Assembly: GCA_951406725.2 (NCBI GenBank)
Contig: OX597821.1
Location: forward strand, 6,944,001 to 7,008,000
Direction: 5' to 3'
Origin: Octopus vulgaris
Lineage: Eukaryota
DNA: 64,000 nucleotides
Shown here: positions 1 through 12,099 of the stretch, piece after piece
Position numbering within the stretch: position 1 is the stretch's first letter
Layout of the letters: each line of letters starts with the position of its first letter
Notes under the pieces: model-generated
Told to the model about the DNA's origin: nothing
Databases searched by the model: none
The model's input: only the letters and a program-made list of their open reading frames with translations
Program-made: the position numbers and the translations under genes

Positions 1-1195
1 TCAGGAGCAATAAACACTGAAAAAGCTCAGAGACCAACTTCTGTCACATTCCAGGGAGAAATACTAGAAATAGTTGATAGCTTCCGTTACCTAGGTGACC
101 AAGTCAGTAGTTGGGGCAGGTGTGCTGAAAGTGTAACTGCTAGAGTAAGAATAGCCTGGGAAAAGTTCAGAGAGCTCTTACCTCTGCTGGTGACAAAAGG
201 CCTCTCGCTCAGAGTAAAAGGCAGACTGTTTGACGCATGTGTACGAACAGCCATGCTACATGGCAGTGAAACTTGGGTCGTGACTGCTGAGGATATGCGT
301 AAGCTCGCAAGAAATGAAGCCAGTATGCTCCGATGGATGTGTAATATCAGTGTTTATACTCGACAGAATGTAAGTACCTTGAGAGAAAAGTTGGACCTAA
401 GAAGCATCAGTTGTGGTGTGCAAGAGAGACGTTTGCGCTGGTATGGTCATGTAGCGAGAATGGATGAAGATAGTTGTGTGAAAAAGTGCCACACCCTAGC
501 GGTTGAGGGAACCTGTGGAAGAGGTAGACCCAGGAAATCCTGGGACGGGGTGGTGAAGCACGACCATCGAACTTTAGGTCTCACTGAGGAAATGACCAGA
601 GACCGAGACCTTTGAAAGTATGCTGTGCGTGGGGAGACTCGGCAGGACAAGTGAGACCACAACCCGTGGCCTCTACCTGGGACGTAGCCAGCCCACTTAT
701 GCATACCTTTCCTTCTTGTGACACAAACCCTACTTGTGAAGACCTGTTGAGGCAAGTGAAAATCAAAATCAAAATCGAAATCGATCAACATCAATGGAAA
801 TTGTAGCTGTGATACCAGTGCCGGTGGCACGTAAGAGAACCATCCGAACGTGGCCATTGCCAGTGCCACCCCGACTGGCCTCTGTGCCGGTGGCACGTAA
901 AAAGCACCATCCGATTGTGGCCGTTGCTAGCCTCGTCTGGCTCCCGTGCCGGTGGCACGTAAAAAGCACCATCCGATCGTGGCCGTTTGCCAGCCTCGTC
1001 TGGCACACGTAAAAAGCACCCACTACACTCACGGAGTGGTTGGCGTTAGGAAGAGCATCCAGCTGTAGAAACACTGCCAGATCAGACTGGGCCTGGCGCA
1101 GCCTTCCGGCTTCCCAGACCCCAGTTGAACCGTCCAACCCATGCTAGCATGGAAAATGGACGTTAAACGATGATGATGATGATGATGGTGATGAT
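1..1195 (+). mobile_element. 3' end of RTE-clade LINE (RT C-terminus, 3' UTR, (GAT)n tail); 5' part outside the window
   Basis: Frame 1 is open from base 1 to the stop at 615: VDSFRYLG (RT domain 7), AMLHGSETW, RRLRWYGHVARM, GRGRPRKSW, all typical RTE C-terminal motifs. It is followed by a 3' UTR ending in (TGA)n at about 1168-1195. Confidence 0.9.
818..1020 (+). repeat. Three ~62-66 bp tandem units in the RTE 3' UTR, each starting with the hairpin GTGCC-GGT-GGCAC
   Basis: Units start at 818, 884 and 946, all reading GTGCCGGTGGCACGTAA(G/A)A...ACCATCCGA..GTGGCC. Confidence 0.9.
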
Positions 1196-1224
1196 ATATA
1201 TGTATATGTTTATATATATGTATA

Positions 1225-1287
<63 letters not shown>

Positions 1288-1292
<5 letters not shown>

Positions 1293-1548
1293 TAATCCAA
1301 ACAAGAAAGCACAAAAAAGCACAACAACGCGAGGACGTGGAACAAATATAGTATTATTGGACGCTCAGGAAAGAAGGAGGATTTAACGTTCTGTCTTCCT
1401 TTCTCTGGATCTTTCCTTCTTCTATGTTTCCGACGAAGAGCTCCGCTCGAAAAGTTAAACCCTCCTTCTTTCCTGAGCGTCCAATAATACTATATTTGTT
1501 CCACGTCCTTGCGTTGTTGTGTTTTTTGTGCTTTCTTGTTTGGATTAT
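1288..1548. mobile_element. Palindromic Penelope-like terminal element inside (TA)n
   Basis: About 1293-1390 and about 1452-1547 are near-perfect inverted copies. The spacer carries CCGACGA-AGAGCTCCGCTC-GAAA. (TA)n lies on both sides. Confidence 0.65.
1426..1460 (+). ncRNA. Minimal type-I hammerhead-like motif (variant core)
   Basis: GTTT CCGACGA A GAGC-TCC-GCTC GAAA AGTT AAAC. The core has C where the canonical CUGANGA has U4. Confidence 0.4.
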
Positions 1549-1550
1549 AG

Positions 1551-1596
<46 letters not shown>

Positions 1597-1858
1597 AGTG
1601 AAATAATCGGATTTTGGTAAATTGTGCCTTTCGAAACACGTGTAGAATGAAATAAAACGATTTCTGTTCAATCTTCGTTCAGCTCCATTTCTTCATTTCA
1701 CTAATAATATTAAAATTCAATTATCCGCAACAACGCACGGTTGCAACACCATATGGTTGTACCTCCAACCGTGCTGTCTTCTGCTGTGATTTTTGCTACC
1801 AAGGTATCGGTTAAACTTTTGATTAATCTGCTACAAGATTATTCATCTTTCTATTTCA

Positions 1859-1925
<67 letters not shown>

Positions 1926-2289
1926 ACAGAGCTTCGTGCTGCATCTGTATACATATATATCTGTAAATATAATATGTAACGATTATTCGGTAGCCATTCG
2001 GATGTCGGGGCGGAAACCCACGCCGACTTCTCTTCAGTTATCGGGCTATCGAAAAAAATGCTATGAAAACGACCGTTAAAACAAAGAGAAATTACTGTGT
2101 GATTGACCGCTATTAAGACAAAAGAGCTATTAGAATGACCGCTAAGTGAGGGTAGAAAGTAAAGGTAAGGGAGTAAAAATGTTCATAGTAATGGCGTAAG
2201 CGCACATGTCCATAAATACACATGTATATACATACATATACACTCACATTCAATCAACTTTCACCCTGACTGTATATATATATAAATAC

Positions 2290-2330
<41 letters not shown>

Positions 2331-2356
2331 CATACATACATAATACATATATATAT

Positions 2357-2384
2357 AGACGGAAACTGAAAGAAGCCTGTCGTG

Positions 2385-2436
<52 letters not shown>

Positions 2437-2651
2437 TGTGTGTGTTTGAGTGTCTGTGTTTGTCCCCTTGGCATTGCTTGACAACCGATGCTGGTGTGTT
2501 TATGTCGCCGTTACTCAGCGGTTCGACAAAAAAGACCGATAGAATAAGTACTGGGCTTACAAAAGAATAAGTCCCGGGGTCGAGTTGCTCGATTAAAGGC
2601 GGTGGCCGCAGTCAAATGACTGAAACAAGTAAAAGAGTAAAAGAGTAGAGA

Positions 2652-2652
<1 letters not shown>
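2357..2652 (+). mobile_element. SINE family A, 5'-truncated
   Basis: Matches the 3' two-thirds of the full copy at 33932-34333. Confidence 0.85.
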
Positions 2653-2707
<55 letters not shown>

Positions 2708-2712
<5 letters not shown>

Positions 2713-2998
2713 TAATCCAAACAAGAAAACACAAAAAAACACAACAACGCGAGGACGTGGAACAAATATAGTATTATTGGACGCTCAGGAAAGAAGGAAA
2801 GAAGGAGGGTTTAACGTTTCGAGCGGAGCTCTTCGTCGGAAACATAGGAGAAGGAAAGATCCAGAGAAGGGAAGACAGAGGAAAAAAATCGCCAACGGTA
2901 CACATGAGGTCATATATATATATATATATACATATAAAGTTAATCCAATCAAGAAAGCACAAAAAAACACAATCGCCAACGGTACACACGCGGTCACT
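2708..2998 (-). mobile_element. Penelope-like terminal element (same family as 1288) plus an internally deleted tandem partial copy
   Basis: Same sequence as 1288-1548. On the minus strand, 2809-2845 reads GTTTCCGACGAAGAGCTCCGCTCGAAACGTTAAAC. A second shortened copy lies at 2936-2998. Both are bounded by TA-rich repeats. Confidence 0.65.
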
Positions 2999-3264
2999 CT
3001 ATATATGGGATGTTACATTACTTTGTAGTTAGGCTGATCTAGCCATCGTGATTTAACTTCTTGACCTGGAGGTGTGGTGTTGTGTCCTTGTGCACAACGC
3101 TTCATCTCTCGTTGCTCTGCGATCACACGACACCTGACGGCACCTGTTCGGACAACCGTCGATTTGATGGTCACTACATCTGGTTACTACAAATAAATCA
3201 CTTGCACAGGTCGCTCGGCATAAACTGAATGCTCGTGCGTCGTCTTCAACGGGACAGTCCATCA

Positions 3265-3365
<101 letters not shown>

Positions 3366-3385
3366 CTCTCTCCCTCTCTCTCCCC

Positions 3386-3468
<83 letters not shown>

Positions 3469-3505
3469 TATATTTATATATATGGGGGTGTATGTATGTA
3501 TGTAT

Positions 3506-4115
3506 GTTCTTAAATCATTGAGTGTATAGTCATAGCCGGCAAGATAGCTTTCAGCGAACCCTGTTCAGTATGTGGCATTGATAATTGAAACAATGGCGAA
3601 ACATCGATGTCTGTCGCTCCGAAACAAAAAAAAAAGGGATTTGATGTGAGTTGTCTCGCTTGTCTGTGACTTATTTTCAGGTATTTTTACGTCAACAGCA
3701 TAGAGAATATATTCTCTCGCGCCTAATATACGCAGCTGCCTAACGAACTAACAATGCACAGCCCTTGTCTATGTGTGTTTGATTTTGTTTGTATACCTCG
3801 AGCTGCTTCCAATTCATATTTGAATTGTTTCCGTGCCATGAAATGTTGCCACATGCCAGCAGATGGTTCTTAAATCGTTGAGAATATAATCATAGCCGGT
3901 GAGATATCTTGTAGCGAAACCTGTTCGATATGTAGCATTGTTGAGTCAAAACAATGACGCAACATCAATCTCTGTCGCTCCGAAAAAAAAGGGGGCATTT
4001 GATGAGTTTTCTTGCTTTGTCTATGACTTACTTTCAGGTGTTTTTACACCAGCGGCGTTGAAAATATATTTTCTTTTGCCTTAAAAAACGCATCAGCCCA
4101 ACGAACTAACAATGC
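3506..4115. repeat. Diverged tandem duplication, two ~250-bp units (3506-3756, 3866-4115), unclassified
   Basis: Both run from GTTCTTAAATC through TCATAGCCGG and TCTGTCGCTCCGAAA to AACGAACTAACAATGC. Confidence 0.85.
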
Positions 4116-4548
4116 GAGGGGTGTTCATTAAAGATTCCCCTAACCCACTTCCGGTTATTGCATGAAATGGAACTTGTACATGTATAATTATACATGTCTC
4201 TACATGTCACATTGTAAATTGCAGTTTTCCACTACTATTCGTTTGTCTTTTACGGCTGCTGAAGTAGACTAAGGTGCTATAATGGAGGCAGTTGAAGGCA
4301 GATCAGTGATCAGGTTGTTGTGCTTGAAAGGTCGTACGTCAGAAGAGACTTTCGATTAGATGAAAGAAGTTTATGGTGACGATGCAACATCATACGACGT
4401 AGTCAAGCCCTGGCATCGCCAGTTCAAATGTGGTCGGACATCGGTGGAAACAGCTCCTATTGCTGGACGACCACATTTGGCCATTCATGACGACATCATC
4501 CATAAAGTGGAAGCCGTCATTTTGGAGGATAGCAACATAACTATTCGA
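4115..4548 (+). mobile_element. mariner 5' fragment (left TIR plus pseudogenised HTH N-terminus)
   Basis: TIR CGAGGGGTGTTCATTAAAG..CCCTAACCCACT resembles the TIR at 43860. From ATG 4282: MEAVEGRSVIRLLCLKG..D*MKEVYGDDATSYDVVKPWHRQFKCGRTSVE, homologous to 44301-44552. Confidence 0.85.
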
Positions 4549-4559
4549 AAGGAAAGATT

Positions 4560-5290
4560 GCATGTTGACCTGAAACGGATAAGAAAAAAAAAAGAAAAAC
4601 GAACGTCAAGACCTAATCCATGATATGGGTGCAGAGGTTTACATTTTTAAAGTAATTGTCCTTTTAAAAATCGTAAATGCTTTGATTGTGGAAAAATCGG
4701 GCATAAAAGCTCACATTGTATAACGAAACAAGAAAAAGGGTCGAGCAAAAAAAAAATTCTAGAACCAATGTATTGTGAAAAAAAAATTCTAAGGAAATCT
4801 CAGAAAAGAAAATTTGTGTCCATAAAAATTAATAATGTTTAATATCAAAATACAACTGGATACGGGCAGTGATATCACGATAATTGATACAGATACATCG
4901 ATTAAAGGAAATCCCGAAAATTAGGCGTGGTGTTTCAGGAAAAAAATTGCATTTTATGGGTGAAGTGATAAGTGATGTTATATTTCGTGGAAAAACCCTG
5001 AAAGCCAAAGTATTTGAATTGAAAAATACAACAAATTTATTTGAAACAGATAAGATGGAACTTTTTAATAGGGACCTCCCTATAAATAAATTTTGTAAAA
5101 ATGTGAATGGTTCTTCCGCCAGTACAAATAAGACGTCGGGGGATTAAAAAAAAGAATTAAAAAAATTTTTTTCCGAAGTTTTTCTGAGGAATTGGGTCTT
5201 TGCACCAAAACAGAGGCGAAGTCTCAAGTAAAAGAAAACGCTATAACGGTATTTAAACCCAAACGTTTTTTCAGGCAAGTCACATGCGGA
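4560..5290 (+). mobile_element. Gypsy-type LTR retrotransposon gag-protease remnant
   Basis: Zinc knuckle CFDCGKIGHKSSHC at about 4678-4719. Aspartic protease motif IQLDTGSDITII at about 4850-4885. Downstream FSEELGLCTKTEA. Frameshifted. Confidence 0.8.
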
Positions 5291-5513
5291 ACTAATATTT
5301 GCTCGAAAAATAAAGTCAAATTTTGAAAAGCTGCTACCAGTGAGAAAAACAAATAGGGAAAGCACTAAAAATATAACAAAGTTTTTTTGGTATCGGTGGC
5401 AAGATATTTTTCAAAATGTATAAAAATGGAAGACAAGGTTGGGAAGACGGAGTAGTAACAAAAAGAATAGGCAAAAATGACATATATGGCAAGAGACGAA
5501 AAATGGGAACACA

Positions 5514-5596
<83 letters not shown>

Positions 5597-6443
5597 TGAC
5601 TTTGCAGATAGAATATAATACGCAACCGGCAACCTTAAAAACAAACCAAAAAATATTCTTTGTTATAATCCAGTAAGTAGTTTAAATGTAAAATGCACAA
5701 CCACAGCTAGCTACTACGCGCGAGTGACTTTGGGCTAGTAACATGTATCATGCTTATCGTTTTAGGTGCCTATCTAGTAGCAAGCAGTCATAAACAGCCA
5801 TTGCCACCTTCACCTCAGTCTTGAGCCAGAACATCCAGGATGCCATAGCTGGAGGAACAGGCAAAGCTGCACCAATACCTGGTTTGTACTCATTTATTGT
5901 TGACTGGACTAGTGCAAGGTAAGATCAAGCGCTTTGCTCAAAAATACAATGCAATACCCAACCCAAAAGTTAAACCTTCAACCTTTGCCAAAGATTTCTT
6001 AAATTTCCAATAAATCATAAATAACATATTTTAAAGAAAAATTAGGTTACCTTAAGCTATAGATACAAGTTCAATTAAATATCTTAGTTCCATACACTTT
6101 TTAAAAAAACAATAAAATAGCACACTCCGTTTGTAATTGTACTGCTGAAGCAATTTCCTTTTAAAGGTAATTGCTCCAAAAGCTCTAATGTATTGTTCTA
6201 AATTGCAACTACATAACAACAGTGGACCAAGTAATTGTTAATTTTATTGAGAAGAATTGTTCGCATTCGTCAACAAATTCATACATTTAAGAAACTTTTA
6301 AAAAAATTCGACGAGCTTTACTAGGAATATTTGGTTTCTAAAAATTGAATTTCGTCGCCACGACAAACGTATGTACATGGTAGATTTCGTTGAAGTTTAT
6401 ACTGTCGATTCTACTTAAGCGAGAAATTATATATAATCTCAAG

Positions 6444-6478
<35 letters not shown>

Positions 6479-6601
6479 ACACACAATCACACACATGCAC
6501 ACAACCGGATACACATACACATACTCATATATATCGTGTTGAACTATATATTACATATATATACGTATGCATATATATATATACACACACTTACACACAC
6601 G

Positions 6602-6726
<125 letters not shown>

Positions 6727-7134
6727 TGAGTGCAGACATTGCTTTGTGTTGAAGAAGTTTGCTTTGCTACCAAGTAATCTCGAGCGGCAAGTGTCTTCAA
6801 CTAAAGCCTCGGCTTGACCAAAGTATCGTGGATGAATTTGGCAAACGGAAACTGTGCGGCAGCCCATCGTATGCGTGTATGTGTGTGCGTTATATGTGCC
6901 TGTTTTTCTCTCATCGCTTGTCAATCGGTGTTCTTTTGTATACGTTCCTGCTACTTAACAGTATGGTAAAGAATAAGTCCCGATTTCAAGTAAAAATATA
7001 TGAATATACGTAAGTGCATGCATGCATACATACATATATATATGAACGTGTGTGTGTGTGTTGTCTATGTGTATGTATATACATATATATGCATATACTA
7101 AGACATGTATGCACATATATGCATATATATATAT

Positions 7135-8167
7135 ATTTTATTATTTTATTTTATTTTATCTAGTTTCAGCTCACGAGCTGTGGCCATGCTGGGGTACCGC
7201 CATTCGGTGTTGCTACATGATTTAACTTCACGAATGCTTTTTAGCAATTGCCATTTGGTGCACGAGAGAGTTTGATGCAGCTGCCCTCATCTGCACCTCC
7301 TGCCGTGAAGTTGGTTCATCTGGGACACCTGACAAGAAGAGGTCCAGCTTTATTTTAAAGACATTTGCATCCACCCCATGCAGGTCTCTCAGGTCCTTCG
7401 GGAGGATATTGAAGAGCTGTGGACCTCTGAAGCCCAGGCTATCACAGTATCTTGTCCTACATCTTGATGGCAAATTTGGAGTCCTTGGTACTATGCAGTG
7501 GCGCCCAGTTCCAGTATTTGTGTAATTCTCGATGCCAAAGTTTGGGACAAGTCCTTCCAGGATCTCCCAGATGTATATTATGGCATATCTTTCTCGCCTA
7601 CGCTCTAAGGAATAGAGTCTTAATCTATTGAGTCTTTCCCAATAGCTTATAAGCTGCACAGAGGCTATCTTACTCGTGTAGCTTCGTTGGATCGCCTCAA
7701 GTGATTAATTTGACTCTGGCTGGTGACTATAGCTGAGAGCAATAGTCAAAGTGGCTTAGGACAAGTGTCCTCCAGAGGACCATCATGGTTTCCTGGTCTC
7801 TTGTTCTAAAGGTTCTAAGAATCCATCCGGTCAGCCGCCTACATCTCATTGCCAATTTAGCAACATGCACATGAAAGGTTGCATCACTACTCATGTAAAT
7901 ACCCAGGCCTCGCACTGATTGTGCCTCTGGGATTGCAATCTATCCAGGTCCAGTGTATTTATTGGGTATTGCATTTAGTTTTGCATGCTGATAGCATAAA
8001 GCTTGAAACTTTTCAGCATTGAACTGCATGCTATTCTTTTCAGCCCACTTGTATATTTTGTCCAGGTCACATTGCAGGTGCATAGTGTCTTCAGGGTTCT
8101 GTATTACCTGTGAAACTTTAGTATCATCCGCATAACTTGTGGTCGTGGCTCTCTGCGTGGCTGTGAG

Positions 8168-8170
<3 letters not shown>
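7135..8170 (-). mobile_element. CR1-group LINE 3' fragment (RT, degenerate)
   Basis: SYADDTK catalytic motif, MQFNAEKF, LGIYMSSDATF, SHFDYCSQL and SYWERLNRLRLYSLERRRERY. (AAAAT)n tail near 7135-7160. Confidence 0.9.
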
Positions 8171-8218
<48 letters not shown>

Positions 8219-8219
8219 G

Positions 8220-8332
8220 TAGGGAGAATTCACAAAAAACAAAAGACGAAGACAGGCGGTGTAAACAACAAACAGATCTATTAGTTTAACGCTCGGGAAG
8301 TGAAGAAGTCTTTAACGTTTCGAGCCTACGCT
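8220..8332 (-). mobile_element. Second Penelope-like end fragment with truncated hammerhead (GAGC..GCTC-GAAACGTTAA-type end)
   Basis: Minus strand AGCGTAGGCTCGAAACGTTAAAGAC...GAGCGTTAAACTAATA parallels the 1288/2708 element and abuts (TA)n. Confidence 0.5.
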
Positions 8333-8453
8333 AGTGTCTAGTGATCTATCATGTATAAGTATCTATTTATCTGTCTATCTATCTATCTATATATATACAC
8401 ATATATATAATAATTGTATGTATTTATATATATATATGTGTGTATGTGTGTAT

Positions 8454-8497
<44 letters not shown>

Positions 8498-8822
8498 AGT
8501 TACCTCTACATATTTTAAAATATATATATATATATATATACATGCATGTACACACACACACTCACACGCACACATACGCGCACACACACACACGCACACA
8601 CACACACATATATATATATATTTATAAGTGTTGGGGTCTATTTGACGAAACCTAAACCTATAATGACGATGCTATAGCATGACTGCTGTCCAATGACTGA
8701 CATGGATAAGAAAAGAATGAAACAACATACAGTTACCGAACCTATTTTAGTGAGAATTATTCCTTTTCTATAGTTTCGTCACAATCAACTTTCCTACCTT
8801 ACTGACAATACTTTGACCTTCG

Positions 8823-8878
<56 letters not shown>

Positions 8879-9137
8879 CACCACCACCACCACCACCACT
8901 GCTGCTGCTGCTGCTCCTATTACTACTATCGTGGGGATTATATGGTTTGTAAATGACTTATGGTTAGTATCGATTTCCGTCCATCGAACACTGAAAACTA
9001 ATATTGGCAATCCGCCAAAATCGATGCCAAATCATCCTAACCTACACAGCCATACACTAGATGTACACGAGTATATACATTCGCTAATGCGCGTCTATGT
9101 GTAAGTATATATATATATGTGTGCATCTGTGTGCGTG

Positions 9138-9218
<81 letters not shown>

Positions 9219-9567
9219 GTTTTTGTATTTGTATATATACATATATAATATATATATATATACTTGTTTGTATAGTTGTGGGTGTATATATATATATGCA
9301 TATATATATGTATATATATTTATATATGTATATTCATATATATCTATATAAATGTATGCATCTCTATATGTGTGAGAGAGAGTTTGTACGTGTGTATATG
9401 TATACACACACGTATGTACGTAGATAGGTTTAGGTACATATATAGATTACCCACACATATAAACTTATATACGTATATGTGTTACATTCTTCTCCTTGTC
9501 TTTCTTCTTCTTTGTCCTCTTCTTCTTCTTCTTATTATTATTATTCGTCTTCGTCTTCTTCTTCTTC

Positions 9568-9640
<73 letters not shown>

Positions 9641-9653
9641 CAGCAGCAGCAGC

Positions 9654-9684
<31 letters not shown>

Positions 9685-10858
9685 TTTACTATTCTTGGAT
9701 ATATAAAACTACTTTGTCAAATGAGTTGTTCCCTAATTGAAGACAATAAAGTGTGATTTCAGGGAAGATTGGTTGCTATTTTTGGCACATCAGGTAACGG
9801 CACGGGAAGTGGGAGACTTCCTTTATTGACTCAATAGATGTTGTAATTGCTGTTGTTTGTGTTGTTATTGTTTTTTTTTTTTGTTGGTTGTGGTTGTGGT
9901 GGTGGTGGTACTGGAGGCAGTGTGGTGTCTTTCCGGTTTAGCCTCAGATCAGCAATGATCGAACCTATCTACAATGGTATATATTCCAGTCCTGGAGTTT
10001 TTGCCTGTTTTATCGTTTCTTTAAAATGTTAGATATTACAATTTGAGAGAGATATCGCTGTTATTATCAGCATTCCATATAGAAGCTTCCATATCGAACC
10101 TCAACCAGCTTACATCGATGCCACCTCCATGGAGGAAACTGTTGTAAGGTAACAATACATTTGACAGATCAGACGATACTCTCGTCTGCCAAAATAAAAA
10201 AGAAACCCTCTCTCACTCTCCTCTCTCTGCCTTTACCTTTCCCGCTCTCCTCTCTTTCTCCCTCTCTCCCTTCCCTCGCTCTCTCTCTTTCTATGCCTTT
10301 CCCTTTCTCACTCTCCATTTCCCAACTCTCTTTCACTCTCCTTCTGTTTCATTCCTTTAGCAAGATGATTGGTTTAATCTGTGGTGTGGGGTATGGGTTT
10401 GCTTAGGAACGGTGTGATAAATATTGAGAGGAAAGGCTAATAGCGTTTACGTCACATATGTAAATATACTAACACAAGTTCTATTATAATAAAGATATAT
10501 AGGTGAGTTTGTGTATGTGTTTATGAATACACATACAAACATACAAACATACATACATACATACATACATACATACATACATACATACATACGTGAATAC
10601 AGACATATGTACGTGCGTGCAAATAAACATACATATTATACGTACGTTCATACATATAGAGGAATACATGAATATAGATACGCTATTATCTTCACAATAA
10701 ATTATAGGCTTCTCCGATATTCAAATTTATTTCCTTTTTTAGATGTACTGACATATTTAGGCTCAAATTACTATTGTGTATAATTTATATCTCTCTCGCA
10801 ATCTCTCTCCCATTGTCTGTCTGTCTCTCTCTCTCTCTCTTTCTCCTTCTCTTTCTTT

Positions 10859-10889
<31 letters not shown>

Positions 10890-10960
10890 CCTCCCTCTCT
10901 CTCTCTGCTATACACACACATGTACATTCACACATGCGCTCACGTTTATATAAGTATGAG

Positions 10961-11025
<65 letters not shown>

Positions 11026-11384
11026 CGGTATGCATTGTGTTCGTGTGCGTATGTGTGTGTGTGTGTGTGTGCGAGCGCGCGCGCGTTCGATAAATGGAAT
11101 GTATGGATGTATGGAAATCCAAAATTACCGTCTGGTCACCCATAAATCAAGATTAATACCTACACATTTTCTCCCTCACATACAAACTCAATTGGTATTT
11201 ACTTAACTGACATCAAAAGTACGAAAGGTGAAGCCTCTGGAGTAGGTAACATAACGTACCAGTCATGTACTGGAGTCGTTGTATTCGACTATGCTCCATC
11301 CCTTTAAAATTGCTGGCTTTGTACCAAAATCAGAAACAATTACTTTAAAAAATGAAATCATCATCATCATCATCATCATACTCT

Positions 11385-11702
11385 CTATTTACTCTTTTAC
11401 TTGTTTCAGTCATTTGACTGCGGCCATGCTGGAGCACCGTCTTTGGTCCAGCAAATCGACCCCAGTACTTATTCTTTGTAAGCCTAGTACTTATTCTATC
11501 GGTAACTTTTGCCGAACTGCTAAAATACGGGGACGTAAACACACCAGCATCGGTTGTCAAGCGATGTTGGGAGGACAAACACAGGCATACAAACACACAC
11601 ATATATGCATATACATATATACAACGGGCTTCTTTCAGTTTCTCTCCACTCACAAAGCTTTGGTCGGCCCGATGCTATAGTAGAAGACACTTGCCCAAGG
11701 TG
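11385..11702 (-). mobile_element. SINE family A, partial
   Basis: Reverse complement of the family A body. Confidence 0.85.
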
Positions 11703-11744
11703 CGTGGTACATTGGGCAAGTCATCATCATCATCATCATCATCA

Positions 11745-11805
<61 letters not shown>

Positions 11806-11825
11806 CATCATCATCATCATTACCA

Positions 11826-12000
11826 AGGCGGCGAGCTGGCAGAATCAGTAGCACGCTGGGCTAAATGCTTAGCGGCAATTCGTCTGCCCCCATGTTCTGA
11901 GTTCAAATCCCGCCCAGGTCGACTTTCGGGATCACTGAGGTCAATGAAATCGACTATCACTTCCCCAAAATTTCAGGCCTTGCGCCTATAGTCGAAAGGA
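11826..12000 (+). mobile_element. SINE family B
   Basis: AAGGCGGCGAGCTGGCAGAATC...GTTCTGAGTTCAAAT. Other copies lie at about 20650-20850(-), 21200-21390(-), 43629(+), 49757(+), 62320-62465(-), 62840-63050(-) and 63085-63293(-). Confidence 0.8.
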
Positions 12001-12099
12001 TTATTGTTATTATTATTATCTACTTTTAATCTGCATGTTTGTTACAATCACTTGCCGAGACACATCCAGCATTCTAGGGCGAGTGAAGGATAAGAGATG

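Noticed and set aside
818-1020. CRISPR-like repeat-spacer array
   Set aside because: The spacers are homologous to each other, the context is a eukaryotic LINE, and there are no cas genes.
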